Source: Octopus bimaculoides (lineage: Eukaryota). Taken from it: a DNA stretch of 64,000 nucleotides. Under the pieces are notes generated by a model. That model did no database searches. It was not told the DNA's origin and saw nothing but the letters and a program-made list of their open reading frames with translations. The stretch covers positions 43,586,768 through 43,650,767 of the forward strand of contig NC_068994.1 of NCBI RefSeq assembly GCF_001194135.2, in the 5' to 3' direction. Of this stretch, positions 1 to 13,560 are shown in pieces (within the stretch, counting starts at the first letter, position 1; each line of letters starts with the position of its first letter). The position numbers and the translations under genes are program-made.

Positions 1-883
1 AATACTGATGGTTTTTTACACTGGAAATTGATTTAAACTTGCTATATCTTTATCAAATATTCAGAATCAAACTTGAGGCTTCCTCTTGAGGTTTCATTGA
101 GTGTCAAACCTACATTAGAAACAGAAAATGTTTATTGAAGGCACTTACAATTTTTGAATTGTCTAGCTGTTTACATGGCAATCATTCACACAGGAGAACT
201 AGTTTATAAAGTCTACTATAAATTGCTTGCTGTGAAACTCCTACTCTCAAGAGATTATTGAATAAGAAAAAAAGTACAAGTGTGTCAAAGAAAGATAGAT
301 AGCTAGATAGACAAAAAAAGAGAGAGAGATAGAGAAAGAGAAAGGGGAGCAGGGATAGGAGGTAGAAGGGGAATAATTTATTCATTAGATTGTTTATTTA
401 AGAATTTTCAGACAACAGAAGGCTGCAGTAATAAATTAATTAATAGAAAATAAAATTACAATAGTTATAATACCAATTAAAATATATTGATTCAATGAAT
501 TATTTGTCTCTCTTTGAAACCAACACAAGATGAGGTAAAATTGAGTTTATTTCAAATAATATATATTATATGTGCAGAATACAGACAAGATGGTGTGGTG
601 AGGAAGTTTGTTTCACAACAGCATTGTTCTGGGTTCAATCTCAACGTACAGCACCTTGGGAAAGGGAAAGTGTCTTCTACTGTAATCTTGAATTGATAGA
701 TGCTTTATGAGTAAAAGATACTTATTCTAGGTGCCACCCTGTGGGATTGAACTTAAAAGTTATTTGGTTTTTGAAGCAAACTTCCTCACCAGGCACCCAA
801 ACCTTCACCTGTATGCATGTCTGTGTGTGTAAAAGTAAATATATGTGGAGTGAATGTGTATGTGTGTATGTGCACATGTGCGT

Positions 884-886
884 GTG

Positions 887-938
<52 letters not shown>
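884..938. repeat. (GT)n microsatellite
   Basis: Direct: uninterrupted tgtgtg run. Confidence 0.95.
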
Positions 939-941
<3 letters not shown>

Positions 942-999
942 CTCTGTGTCTTCTCAGTGACACCATTTATGCAAAGATGTGTGGAATAAAATCCCTTAC

Positions 1000-1390
1000 T
1001 TTGAAACTACCTCAAGGTGCCTTATCCAACCCATTCCAATATGAAAAATAAACAGATGGTCATAAAATCTGAATACATGAGAAATATCACTAATACTCTT
1101 GTGGAATGAACCCCTTGCTGTCGTCCAGATATTAGTCTCTTTGACTTCTTTTTCTGAGATGTACTGTAGAAGGTGTACTCAACAAAAATCACAGACATGA
1201 ATCATCTGAAGGAACGCAGCAAACAAATGTGCTTAAATTGACAGAAATGTGAAGTTACTGCATTTGGTTCATGTGAATCTCACAAAGCACATCAAATTTT
1301 TTATCATTAATAGTGGAAACCATGTTGAAAATGTTATTCATAGATGTAGTTGAATGAAATTATTGAAAATACACATTTTCATCACCTATA
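1000..1390 (+). mobile_element. Decayed Tc1/mariner-superfamily transposase 3' fragment
   Basis: Manual translation from ~1095 gives E*TPCCRPDISLFDFFF*DVL*KVYSTKITDMNHLKER. This resembles the Tc1/mariner C-terminal motif WPPRSPDLxPLDFFxWGxxKxKVY. Several stops, so a relic. Confidence 0.65.
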
Positions 1391-2499
1391 CACCCAGACT
1401 GAAGTGTGAATGTGTATGCATATATACCATAAAAACAACGGGCAACCCAGACTATGTTTTAACTTTATTCAACACAAGTGCCAGGAAGGCGACGCTGGTA
1501 ACAATCTCGCTCAAATGGTGCTATTTACATGCCACCGGCACGGAAGCCAGACAGCTGCTCTGGCAACGGTCAAGCTCGACAGTGCTCTTAGCGCTCCACT
1601 GGTACAGGTGCCATCACGAATTTACTTTCACTTGCCTCAACAAGTCTTTGCAAGCTGAGTTTAGTGTCCAATGAAGGAGAGGTTGGCATGGGTGCCAGTT
1701 GTCGAATTTAGTTTGATTTTGATTTCACTTGCCTCAACAGGTCTTTGCAAGCGGAGTTTAGTGTCCAATGAAGGAAAGGTACTCATAAGTGGGCTGGCTA
1801 CACTCCTGACAGAGGCCTTGGATTACGGTCTCACTTGGCTTGCCGGGTCTTTTCACGCACACCATAAAAGTAAGAATAGAACAATATATCATCTTAGGGT
1901 GTTAAATAGAAGAAATTGTAAAAGTAGGTATATGAGTATAATTGCAATATATTACAATATACTACTAATCAATACTAATGCTATAGATAAGCAGTGTGTA
2001 AATTAATGTTAGTAAATTGATACGTGAATAAAATAGAAATTAAAGATTAAAAAATAAAAATAAAGTATAAATTATATTGAAAATAAGGGGGAAATCCATA
2101 AATTAAAGATTAAATGTGTAATTAAATGTATAATTAAAGATTAAATGTGTATACAATCAAAACAATGACAATAGTTAAAGGTGCGTTCTTTTGGGTGTAT
2201 TATAATATAATATAATTAAATACTACAGAGATGAAAATGCAAATAGCCTAAAAGAAAAGAAAATAACTTTATAACATAAGACATAGTATGTTACTGCGTA
2301 GTCAAGTGATAGTTTGTTATGTAACTAGAAATGTAAACAGAATGCAATATGGAGAAAATGTATATAGACAATATTAGTAATTAATTTTAGGTGAAAGACA
2401 TTCAAAAAAGATTTATTACACTTTGTAAGTACCTAAGAAGTTAAGTAACTTAAAAGATGGAAGAACTTAATACTAGGTTTAATTAACGTGTATTGTTAT

Positions 2500-2660
2500 T
2501 CATCATCATCATCATCATCATCGTTTAACGTCCGCTTTCCATGCTAGCATGGGTTGGACGATTTGACTGAGGACTGGCAAGCCAGAAGGCTGCACCAGGC
2601 TCCAATCTGATCTGGCAGAGTTTCTACAGCTGGATGCCCTTCCTAACGCCAACCACTCCA
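2500..2660 (-). mobile_element. SINE/RTE-tail-type repeat (family ending ...CCAACCCATGCTAGCATGGAAAGCGGACGTTAAACGATGATGATG)
   Basis: The same sequence recurs near 6030-6400 (-), 10400-10790 (+), 42530-42760 (+), 48860-49100 (+) and 57710-57965 (+), and ends in a (GAT)n tail. Confidence 0.8.
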
Positions 2661-3980
2661 AGCTAGAATAGTGCTGACTTAGTTGCTAACTGTGAACTAT
2701 AAAATAACTTTTTTCAGCTTATTGAACTTCATTTAACATGAGAAAAATTTACAACCCTCTATGTTAGTAAACCACTATTGTTCCTGAAAATTGTTTTTAT
2801 ACATTCTATGGATAGCTCAAAGCTTATAACTTCCTACACCTAGATATGTATATATATATTATATTGAGCAGAAAAATGTTCACCATGTTTCCTGCTCATA
2901 TATATAGGTGCAAGCATGCTTGTGTGGTTAAAAAGTTTCCATTGCTACTACATAGTTGTAGAGTTTGATCCCATTGTATGATACTTAAGGTAAGTATCTT
3001 CTACTACAGCTTTAGGATAAGCAAACCCTTGTAAATGAAATTTTGCAGACAGAGATTATGTAGAAGTTCATCAGAGACCATTCTTGGTACGGGGTACAAG
3101 GTTTGATCTACGGTTTAACATCACCTCCTGACTCTTGAATGTCTTAGCAGGGTGTAGGCGTCCGGTTAGAGGATATTTTCTGCACTTCGTCCCACTTGTC
3201 TCAGAGGCCCTCATGAAGATCTTGGGTACTGTCATTCCTTCAATGACTAAACCATTAACAAAAGAGAAATAATAAAGGACTATACTTACTTTTGTTATTT
3301 ATCTGTAATTTTTAACTTCATTACTGTTTTCCTGATTAGAGCAGCTGCACAGATGCTAAAATTTGTTTGCCAAAAGTTAAATCCTGTAAATAATCACAGA
3401 TATTCTAAGTTGATATTGTAAATTACTTTGATTATTTGATTGGTTGGTTCTCTATCATTTTTTTTTTTTTTTTTTTTTTNNNNNNNNNNNNNNNNNNNNN
3501 NNNNNNNNNNNNNNNNNNNNNNNNNNNNNNNNNNNNNNNNNNNNNNNNNNNNNNNNNNNNNNNNNNNNNNNNNNNNNNNNNNNNNNNNNNNNNNNNNNNN
3601 NNNNNNNNNNNNNNNNNNNNNNNNNNNNNNNNNNNNNNNNNNNNNNNNNNNNNNNNNNNNNNNNNNNNNNNNNNNNNNNNNNNNNNNNNNNNNNNNNNNN
3701 NNNNNNNNNNNNNNNNNNNNNNNNNNNGTTTCTAGTCTGTTATCCATCAATAACAACTTGTATTGTCAGAATTTGAGTATTTCTGATGTTTCGCAATAAA
3801 TTTATTGACTTCTTCAAATTGAAACTTTAATTGCAGACAATGCGTAGCCAGCATACGTTGGTTAAAAGGGAAATTAAGAGGGGTAACAATATCCATTTCA
3901 CTCTGTGATCTGGGGTTTTGACTGACTTTCTCAAAGCACTGATGAACATAGTATTGAACTTGCCCTTCATTGTGGGAAGA

Positions 3981-4035
3981 GTTAGGGGTCATCTAGTTAG
4001 GGGTCATCTAGTTAGGGGTCATCTAGTTAGGGGTG
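3981..4035. repeat. 15-bp tandem repeat (AGTTAGGGGTCATCT) x ~3.5
   Basis: Direct. Confidence 0.9.
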
Positions 4036-4078
4036 TCTAATAATAAAATATTGCAGGAAAGCAAAGGAAATGTTCATG

Positions 4079-4462
4079 CATCCGGGGTTAGATTAAGACC
4101 CATAGAGGCCCTAAATACTTAAAAGATTTTGATGTCCCCATATATATGTAATTCAAAATACAAATAATAATGAACCATAGAATGAATTTTTATTTTTCAA
4201 AATGAAACAAAATAGTAAGATGGAAAATATTGTTTATTTTTGTATACTACCACTTTATTTGAAAACTTTTCTATTTGATCAGATAATGACACCATGAATA
4301 CTTCGAAATTATATTTCCAATCACATAAACCCGGTCAAAAATCATTTTAGCAAGTTTAAAGTGATTAATTTTGTACTGTAAACCATTTACCATTCCTGTG
4401 GTGCCTCGGTATCCCTTGATACCTTAAGCTTGTGCTTATTTTGCGTAATGGTTAACCCAGCA
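4079..4462. mobile_element. Possible degenerate hAT-like MITE
   Basis: Ends ccggggttagattaagacccatagaggccc ... gtaatggttaacccagcac form a loose inverted pair resembling hAT non-autonomous termini. No clear TSD. Confidence 0.3.
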
Positions 4463-5377
4463 CAGCATACATTACATGGTGTGCAACTTTCTCACCTCGG
4501 TAATTAGGAGCTGAGCCTTCTTGTTTCTATCTCTCAACAACTTTGCAGAATATTCTCCTATTCACTATCTTTTTTTTTTTTTTTTTTTTTGTGGAAATAT
4601 TTTATTTACTAATAAACACTTTAAAAAGATGAAAAATCAAGAAAAAATCAAGAAAAAAGGGGGCGACAAAGCAGCAGGAGGCAGAGTGGAGTGATGGGCC
4701 ACATATCCTCCCAGAACAAGAGTGGTGCTCTGCAGCACCCTGCAGTGATAACCATGATGGCATTGCTGAGGAAAATAGACAGCGACACTCGCTGCAGTAG
4801 CCAACCCACCACACAGGGCTCGTTTCTCCAATGGATCACCACTAGCCCCATTCTGCTGATATTTTGATGGCAACTGGCACCAACTGATAACAGCCAGCCT
4901 ATTTGTCCACCAAAATGGTCAAGCAGATACTGTCACCACACGCACATGACAAAATCCCACCCCAAACTCACCTCCTCCACTCCGCATGACACAATACCAA
5001 GTGCATGCTATCATCTAGTGCAATTGCTTCCTTCTTCTGCCTACAAGATGACCATTCCTGTTGGTAATACCCTCTTTCAAATAGGATGCTTTTATACTCA
5101 CCAAAATAATTCAATCCTTTTTTTTTCTATCTCTAATAGATAGATCTATCCCAATCAATAGAAACACATGACATCTTGTTCTTTTTCCCATATAAGATAA
5201 TCTCTCTGAGTCTGCCAATTGATATCACCCTCACTTCCAACATATCAAAGGTAATGGAGATATCTTATTACACTGAACCTCTTTCCCTTCTCAGTGACTA
5301 CAAGTATGATATCCATAGAGTAAGAGCTACCAGATACTTGTTCAGTTTTTTTTTATAGCTTTTGTATTTATTCAATG

Positions 5378-5378
5378 T

Positions 5379-5426
<48 letters not shown>

Positions 5427-5565
5427 ACTGTCTGTCTATTTATCTATCTAACTGTCTATCTATCTATCTATCTAACTGTCTGTCTATCTATCTAACTGTC
5501 TGTCTATCTATCTATCTAACTGTCTGTCTATCTATTTATATATTTATCTATCTATCTATCTTTCT
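5378..5565. repeat. (TATC)n/(TGTC)n tetranucleotide array
   Basis: Direct. Confidence 0.95.
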
Positions 5566-6029
5566 ATCTTGAACAGTATTCAGTACATCACCTTTTAACT
5601 TCTCCAGTTACATATTTTATATTTCAATATTAAACTGCATCCAATAACAAAGAAAGGAAAAAAGTATCTCACTGAGCATGCAGTTATTCACCAACACCTT
5701 TGGCTGACAAACATCCTGCCTCTTCATTGTGCCTTTTCAACAGCTTCTATAGGAACCTGTTTACTTTGACATTAGCAGGGCTCATGCTCCCTTTACTTTA
5801 TTTATGTCCCACCCCAAGCCTGTATTTTAAGAGTTTGGCAAAAGAAACAGATAGAATAATTATCAAACGTTAAAAAAATACCAGGACTGATTTGTTTAAT
5901 TAAACCCTCCAAGGAGGTGTCTTAGCATGGAACTGTCTTATGACTAAACACGCAAACGGTAAAAGACAAAACCCTTTAGAATCTTATCCCTGCTTACTTT
6001 CTTCACTCATTCATCAACCTGCAGAATTT

Positions 6030-6400
6030 TAATCATCATCATCACCATTCTTTAACATCTGTTTTCCATGCTGGCATGGGTTGGATAGTTTGACCAGAGC
6101 TGGCTAGCTGGGAAGCTGCAGCAGGCTCCAATCTGATTTGGCTCAATTTCTACAGCTGGATGCCCTTCCTGACACCAACCACTTTTTACAGTGTGTGCTG
6201 GGTGCTTTTAACATGTCACTGGCATGAGTACTTTTACATGACACTGGCACGAGTGATTTTTATGTGACCCTGACACAGGCCTCTTGCAGGTCAATCCTCT
6301 TCATCAGGGGTTGTGGCCTTAACACTTCAGCTGTGGAGGACAGGTCTTTTTGAATACATCAAGGTGCCAAATATCTGAACATTATCTTGTATACTGATTC
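6030..6400 (-). mobile_element. SINE/RTE-tail-type repeat copy
   Basis: Shares ttccatgctggcatgggttgga...ttctacagctggatgcccttcct with 2500-2660. Confidence 0.75.
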
Positions 6401-6969
6401 CACTAGTTGAGAAGACTTGTAAATGGTGTAACACTGACTAAATTATTGAAAAACAGAATATTAATAAAGAAGCAACTAAAAAGCCGCTCTTATTCACTCT
6501 TCCTTTCATTTTTTATGTTGTAAATCATAACCAAATTATTTCTAGCAAAATACATTAATCTTGTTGATCACAACATAAAATATTAAGCAAAAAGAAATAT
6601 TACAGATATTTTCGTTATTTTAAAATAAAGTGTAGTATTACATTCGAAAAATAATATTGTATTTGTATCAACAGTACAGTAACAACTTTTATTGATTTCA
6701 CTCTGTCATGAAGAAAGAACAGAGGCAGAGTTATGTGGTTCAGAATTTTCCTTCACGATTACTTGGGTTCATGTTGGATCCTACATTGTGGTCATCATCA
6801 TTATCATCACCATCATCATCATAATCATTTTAATACCCAATTCTCCAAGCTTGCATCGATCAAATTTTGTGAGAGCGATTTTCTCCAGTCAGAACTGAAT
6901 CCAAAACCATGTGGTTGGGAAGCAAGCTTCTTATTACACAGCTATGCCTGTGCCAATATATGTATATAT

Positions 6970-7016
<47 letters not shown>

Positions 7017-7481
7017 NNNNNNNNNNNNNNNNNNNNNNNNNNNNNNNNNNNNNNNNNNNNNNNNNNNNNNNNNNNNNNNNNNNNNNNNNNNNNNNNNNNN
7101 NNNNNNNNNNNNNNNNNNNNNNNNNNNNNNNNNNNNNNNNNNNNNNNNNNNNNNNNNNNNNNNNNNNNNNNNNNNNNNNNNNNNNNNNNNNNNNNNNNNN
7201 NNNNNNNNNNNNNNNNNNNNNNNNNNNNNNNNNNNNNNNNNNNNNNNNNNNNNNNNNNNNNNNNNNNNNNNNNNNNNNNNNNNNNNNNNNNNNNNNNNNN
7301 NNNNNNNNNNNNNNNNNNNNNNNNNNNNNNNNNNNNNNNNNNNNNNNNNNNNNNNNNNNNNNNNNNNNNNNNNNNNNNNNNNNNNNNNNNNNNNNNNNNN
7401 NNNNNNNNNNNNNNNNNNNNNNNNNNNNNNNNNNNNNNNNNNNNNNNNNNNNNNNNNATATATACATATATATATATATAC

Positions 7482-7516
<35 letters not shown>

Positions 7517-8806
7517 TGTTTAAGTAATATTTAGAAATTTGTTTCTCTTGTCAATTTTAGATAGTAACAACAAACACATCGAAGACACATTATCAGATGA
7601 TCGGCTTCAATGTTTGATATTTTTTTATATACATAATAATCTTTAATGTAGATTTTCACTTGAAGCATTAATATTCAAGGTTCATTTTTAATCCTCTTCA
7701 ACCATGAAAATGATTTTCCTTGGAGCAGTTTGTCACCATTCACGATAACAATAATCACAAAATTGTTTCTATATTAGGGAAAGCTAACTCAGGATTATTT
7801 TTGATGATTCTTCTTTAAATTTTCTTTTAGAATAAAAGAATGATTCTTCAATTTGTTGCTGTTTTCTTGTCACTGTTGTAATTGTTGTTATACTTGTTCT
7901 ATCGTTGTTTTTAGTTGGGTTTCTTTTTTTGGTTGGTTTCTTTTTTTTCCCCACTTCCAATGTGGAAATTTTTACTTGAAGTAGTTATTGAAGTGTGTTA
8001 GCTATCACAAAATTAGATACAACATCAATTTTTCCTTCGTTTTATTCCTAAACTTTATTTCTTTTAGCAATCAGTAATTCAAAGGCAGCTAAGCTATTTC
8101 CTTCATGAATAGTGTATCTTGGGCTATTGTGTGTATTTTTGTGTCTGTGTTTGCCCCTGCTACACCACTCAAGATCTGGTGTTGGTTAGTTGCAACTTAG
8201 CAGTTTGGCCAGAGAGACTGATAGAATACATATCTGGCTTTAAAAAAAGTGATGATGGTCAAGTCATTCGCCAAAATCTTCTTCAAAGCCCCAACATGAC
8301 TGCAGTCTAATGACTGAAATAAATAAAATATAAACACACACACACACACACATACATATATATACATATATCCATACATATATACTAACATACAAACATA
8401 TATATACAAATATAAAGTAATAACACTAATCCTTGGATGGAATTTATAAACATTTTAAAGCATCACTACGGATGTTTCCCATTTCTCTTAAGAGTCCATA
8501 TTCCTGAGATGATTAGAGTATAGTCCATAGGATCTGTGGGCATCGGATATTTATCCTACATTATATTATATTGGTACAGCTTAACACAATCCAAAAAATA
8601 ACTGGTTTACCAGTCAGCATCATTAGACTGTGGCCAGCATAATGAAATAGGAGCTTTATTCATATACCATAAACATTTCATGTAAACAGATTTAAAAGAT
8701 ATATATGTATATATATATACAAATGCATACATATATACATATATATATATGGCCATATAGCCTTTCTTGTTTATTTTCACTGTTTCGTTTTCCTGTCTTG
8801 TTTTCT

Positions 8807-9080
8807 GTCCGCCACTACATTCTTCCACGTTACAAATTTAATTTGTCTCCGTGGGAAGAGCCATTCTAACAATGCGTCCTGCCCTAACTCTTCGAAACGC
8901 TTCATTTTAGAATGGTGGCAGCTGATGAAGGAAATGTTCTCTATGTGGCCTGTATGTTTTCTGTGCTCTGTTTATCATTTTGTCCACGTTTTTTTGCAAC
9001 ATCCTGTACCCAGACATGCATCTATATATACTTGTAGATGTAGGTATATACATAAATGTACGTATATATGCATATAATCA
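8807..9080 (+). mobile_element. Interspersed repeat (Penelope-like-end candidate), copy 1
   Basis: gtccgccactacatt...ttcgaaac...gctgatgaagg...gtcctgtacccag recurs at 20371-20578 and 41074-41260. The family assignment is inferred from the CTGATGA/GAAAC motifs. Confidence 0.55.
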
Positions 9081-10012
9081 CATATTATTTGTATTATAAA
9101 TATATATATATACACACACACACACATATATAAACAAATAACAGCAGATAGATTGTGATTCACTACAACTGTTCCAAACAGGTTAATACACACTTTCAGC
9201 AGGTCAATACATGTAAGAATTAAACATTTTGAATATCTCAAAAATAAGTCAATACTGCCATTTTGACTCTACCAACCAAAATTCGGTCAGACCAAATATA
9301 TTCTAACAGACTAGTGCCACAAATAATGTCAAGAGTAGGTAGATGTAGGTTTCTTTTTCAATATCATTAAGCTTTTCCTAGAAAATATGCTACCAATTCT
9401 CACCAATTGTTGAAGACCTTACATTATACTTGACCTACCAGAAACAACAACAAATTCACTTTCAAATTACACTTTCATCATTTTAAGTGACAAAGAAAGG
9501 GTTAAGTTCAGACTGGAAAACACAGTCCTAAGTAAACTGCATCTGCTTGATGAGAGCTGATACAGGGTTAGTCATTGTCATTGTCATCATCATCCTCGTT
9601 GTCATCATGATCATTGTCATCGTCATCATTGTTGTCATCATTATCATCACCATCATCATTGTCTTTGTCATCATCATGCTACACAGTATTTGTTCGAAAT
9701 TTCTGCAGCCTGTGTTCAAATCCTGCTAACGTTGACTTTATCCTTTTGAGGTTGGTTAATAGAAGTGTACGAATTGAGAATGGTGGATTAGTGGAATTGT
9801 TAGAATATCTGTCAAGATACCTTACTGTATTTGTTCAGGCTATTTATATACTGACAATAATGTCTGCAATAAGACCTAAAGTGAGCTATCATTGTCTTGG
9901 ACAACTTTAACAGTATGAAGAACAGTGTTGCATGCATAGGCAACAGCCAGTGTTTTCCAAATAAAAATCCTTGCTGGAACCTATGCATATCCTTGTTGCA
10001 GAATAGTGGCTC

Positions 10013-10120
10013 GTGTGCCTCACTGACCCTGAGAGCTATGCTAGTAGAATGGAATGCAGGTTCCTGGTATGGAGGTTCCCATGCTAGACAGGTTAAAGGA
10101 TAGAGCTCAGATTAATATGG
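10013..10120 (+). mobile_element. RTE-clade LINE 5'-region fragment (probable)
   Basis: gaccctgagagctatgct...cccatgctagacaggttaaaggatagag resembles the RTE 5' region. A related copy lies at ~39620-39790 on the minus strand. Confidence 0.5.
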
Positions 10121-11519
10121 ACCGTCACTTCCCAGACATGATGAAGATGACAACGATTATGAAGACAACAATGATGACAATGAAGATGATAATGATGAAC
10201 AGAAGTCACAAATCATTCTGATTGTTACACTAGCTTTAAAAACAAAAATTCAAATGTTAAGTATTTTAAATTTTCATGACATTTTTGTATGAAGAATGAC
10301 TTGCTCAAATATTATTTAACATACTGCAGCATTTTAAGAGGAGTCCACACTGTAAGGTGGTTGACATTTGGAAGGGCATTCAGTTGTAAAAACCATGCCA
10401 AAACTGACCTCACCTGTGCTCATGCCACATAAAAAGCACTCAGTCCACTCTACTGGTTGGTTGGTGTTAGGAAGGGCATCCAGCCATAAAAATGAGAACC
10501 CCACAAGGAAAATTACCCCTGAGGACAACAGATGATGATTTAGAACTTCTTAATATATTAGAGAGGGGGTAATTAACCAAGAGGTGTAATTGTCCTAGGG
10601 GGTAGTTGTCGTTGGGGGGAACTGTCCTATGGGGTGGGGTAATTGTCCGGATACGATAAAAACTGTGCCAAAACAGACACAAAAGTCTGGTGCAGTCTCC
10701 TGCCTGGCCAGCTCCTGTCAAACCATCCAACCAATGCCAGCATGGAAGGCAGACATTAAATAATTACGAGGATGATACTGATAATGATGATGTGGTAAGC
10801 TGACAAGAATCATTGGCACATCAGACAAAATGCTAAGTAGCATTTCTTCCAGCTTTTTACATTCCGAGTTCAAATTTTGGGAAGGACAGTTTTGTCTTTC
10901 ATCCCTTGGAAGTTGATAAAATAAATTACCAGTAAAGTATTGAAGTTGATGTTATCCAATTTGTTCCCTCACCTCAAATTTGCCAACCTTGATCCTTGCA
11001 ATGGCCCGATATCCCATTCAACGGTGATGATGTGACCTTGGCCATTTATATGCCATAGAAACAAGGTAAACCAACCTTATGAGTTCTAAGGCTCAAGAAA
11101 CATACTAGAAAAATATTTTTTAACAAATAATTTTAACAAATGTCAGATATTATTTCTGATATTAATTTCGTAACAAATTCACCAATCCAAAAACAAAACT
11201 AAAAAGAAAAAAAAAAAAAAACAGAGATTTCGCTAGTTACAAAACTCAAATAGATTTTGCATTCAAAGTTCTATCCCATGGAAACCTAGATTATCTTTGG
11301 ATATGTATCAATCACCCTTCTCAGTTTATCCTCGTATTAACAGGAGAGCAAGCATTGGCAACGGTAGATTGGGGATCAAAGAATGCTGTTATCTACTTTG
11401 TAGAAGCTAACAAAAATGTTCACAAATGTACATTAGCAAACATTTCACTTGAAACCAAGCAACAATTAAGTGCAGAATGACCAATAAAAATTCAAAGTAT
11501 GCTCAATGCATCATCAAAT

Positions 11520-11729
11520 ATACATGGTATATGTGTGTGTATGTGTGTGTACGTGTGTATGTGTGCATGCAGACACATGCACATGTATGTGTATGTATGA
11601 GTGCATATATGTGTGTATGTGTATGCATACATATATATATATAAATACATACATACATGGGATTTACCCTAACTACCTACTAAATGCATACATAAATATG
11701 TATGTGTATATGTATATATGTATATATAT

Positions 11730-11785
<56 letters not shown>

Positions 11786-11860
11786 TTAATAACACACACA
11801 CACATAGATATATACATGCATGTAATACATACATACAAAACCCTTTGTGGTGCTATATCA
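11520..11860. repeat. Compound (TG)/(TA)/(CA) microsatellite
   Basis: Direct. Confidence 0.95.
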
Positions 11861-12169
11861 TTATATTTATCAACCCAAATAGCCAGAATATCATATAAAC
11901 TCTCTCTGAAGTTAGCTTTGTAATGGTTCATCAAGTAATTTAGCACTATTCTTTTACCTCTATTATTTTTGGGGGAGAGAAAACAAAGTAGCGAGAGAAG
12001 GAAAAAAAAAATCCTATCATGGCAAGTGACACATTTTGTACAAACAACAAACAATTAACCCATTTGTGTGATATCTGATGTTGAATCATTAAATAGGCTA
12101 AATTATCCAATATTATCCCTTTATCTAAAGTACTATTATAAATACCTTCTGCTATAAACTGATGGGTTA

Positions 12170-12229
12170 CACACTCAGATACACACACACACATGCATAC
12201 ATATATGCATATGTGTATGTATGTATATA

Positions 12230-12275
<46 letters not shown>

Positions 12276-12570
12276 TACACATATACACACACACATATAT
12301 ATATATATATACATAAGCATATGTAGTATATATACACATGTCTATGCATATGTATGTATAAATGTATGTATATATATGTGTGTATATGTATATATATATA
12401 TATGTGCATGTGTGTGTGTATGTGTGCATGTGTATGTGCATATGTATATATATATATGTGTGTGTATGCATGTATATGTATATACATATATATGCATATA
12501 TATATATACACATATATATACATGTATTGATATATATATATACACATACACACAAACACACACACACACA

Positions 12571-12607
<37 letters not shown>

Positions 12608-12660
12608 TTGTATATATACACACACTTATATACATATATGTATGTATGTATGTATGCATT
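12170..12660. repeat. Compound (TA)/(CA)/(TG) microsatellite
   Basis: Direct. Source of many spurious YI/CV/HT ORFs. Confidence 0.95.
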
Positions 12661-13022
12661 TATGTTAAAGAATTATGAATGTCCTCTAAGTATATTGCTG
12701 ACATAACGCCTCATATAATCAGCAAGAAATTACTGAATGAGTTTAATCAAGCTAAGAAAATTCTTTAGCAACTCAAGATTTTCTTTTTCAGTGTTCCTTT
12801 TATAAAGCCAATAAGCTTATAATCTGCTAACGTATCCCTAACTGAACCGAACACACTGCCAAATCACTTGCTTTTTTTCTCATCTGAAATTTTGATCATG
12901 AATTTGTAGTAAATACATATCATATTAATAAATATTTACAGACAGCTTTTGTGTAATAATTTGTATTATCCTTATTCACACAGACATCATACCTTTACTA
13001 GTCATTATTATGACAATGGTTT

Positions 13023-13240
13023 AGGTGGTGAGCTGGCTGGATTGTTAGCACACTGGACGAAATGCTTAGTGGCATGTCATCTGCTGTTATGTTCTAAGTT
13101 CTAATTTTGCCAAGGTTGACGTTGCTTTTCATCCTTTCGGGGTCGATAACTTAAGTACTAGAGAAACACTGGGGTCAATTAAATTTACTAGCCTCCTCCC
13201 ACAAATTTCAGACCTTATGCCTTCAGTAGAATGTATCATT
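13023..13240 (+). mobile_element. tRNA-derived SINE (GGTGGTGAGCTGGCAGAA family)
   Basis: Matches the copies at 19037-19270, 34192-34420, 50114-50325 and 58802-59040, including the core gcctttcatcctttcggggtcgataa. Confidence 0.8.
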
Positions 13241-13244
13241 AGGG

Positions 13245-13560
13245 TAATGGTTATTGTGGCGAGCTGGCCCTATGGTTAGCATGGAAGGCCTTGTACCAAA
13301 CTTTGACAACGAAAGTTACAAAAACAGCAGAACAGAGTGCTACTGCATTGTGCCAAAGATCCCAGCATCACCACCAAAGTACAGGACCAGATACTACAAC
13401 AGCTTGAGTTTCAAGGGCCCATGGTTCTTCGGTACCCTTCCAAAATGCCTGTGATACCTGCATGATGTGGATGTAAGTGTCTTTGAAACAAAACTGGATT
13501 CCCTCCTAGGAAACACAGATGAGGGCAGCAGCATCAAACTCCCTCATTCACCAAATGCCA
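13245..13560 (+). mobile_element. Non-LTR retrotransposon (CR1/L2/Jockey-group-like) ORF2 C-terminal relic
   Basis: Translation RYYNSLSFKGPWFFGTLPKCL*YLHDVDVSVFETKLDSLL resembles the post-RT C-terminus (GPxLFNxLP...FKxKLDxxL) of these LINEs. In-frame stop. Confidence 0.65.

Noticed and set aside
11226-11480. ~85-codon open frame DFASYKTQIDFAFKVLSHGNLDYLW... (+)
   Set aside because: No start codon or polypyrimidine acceptor, no recognisable motif, and a length expected by chance in 64 kb.
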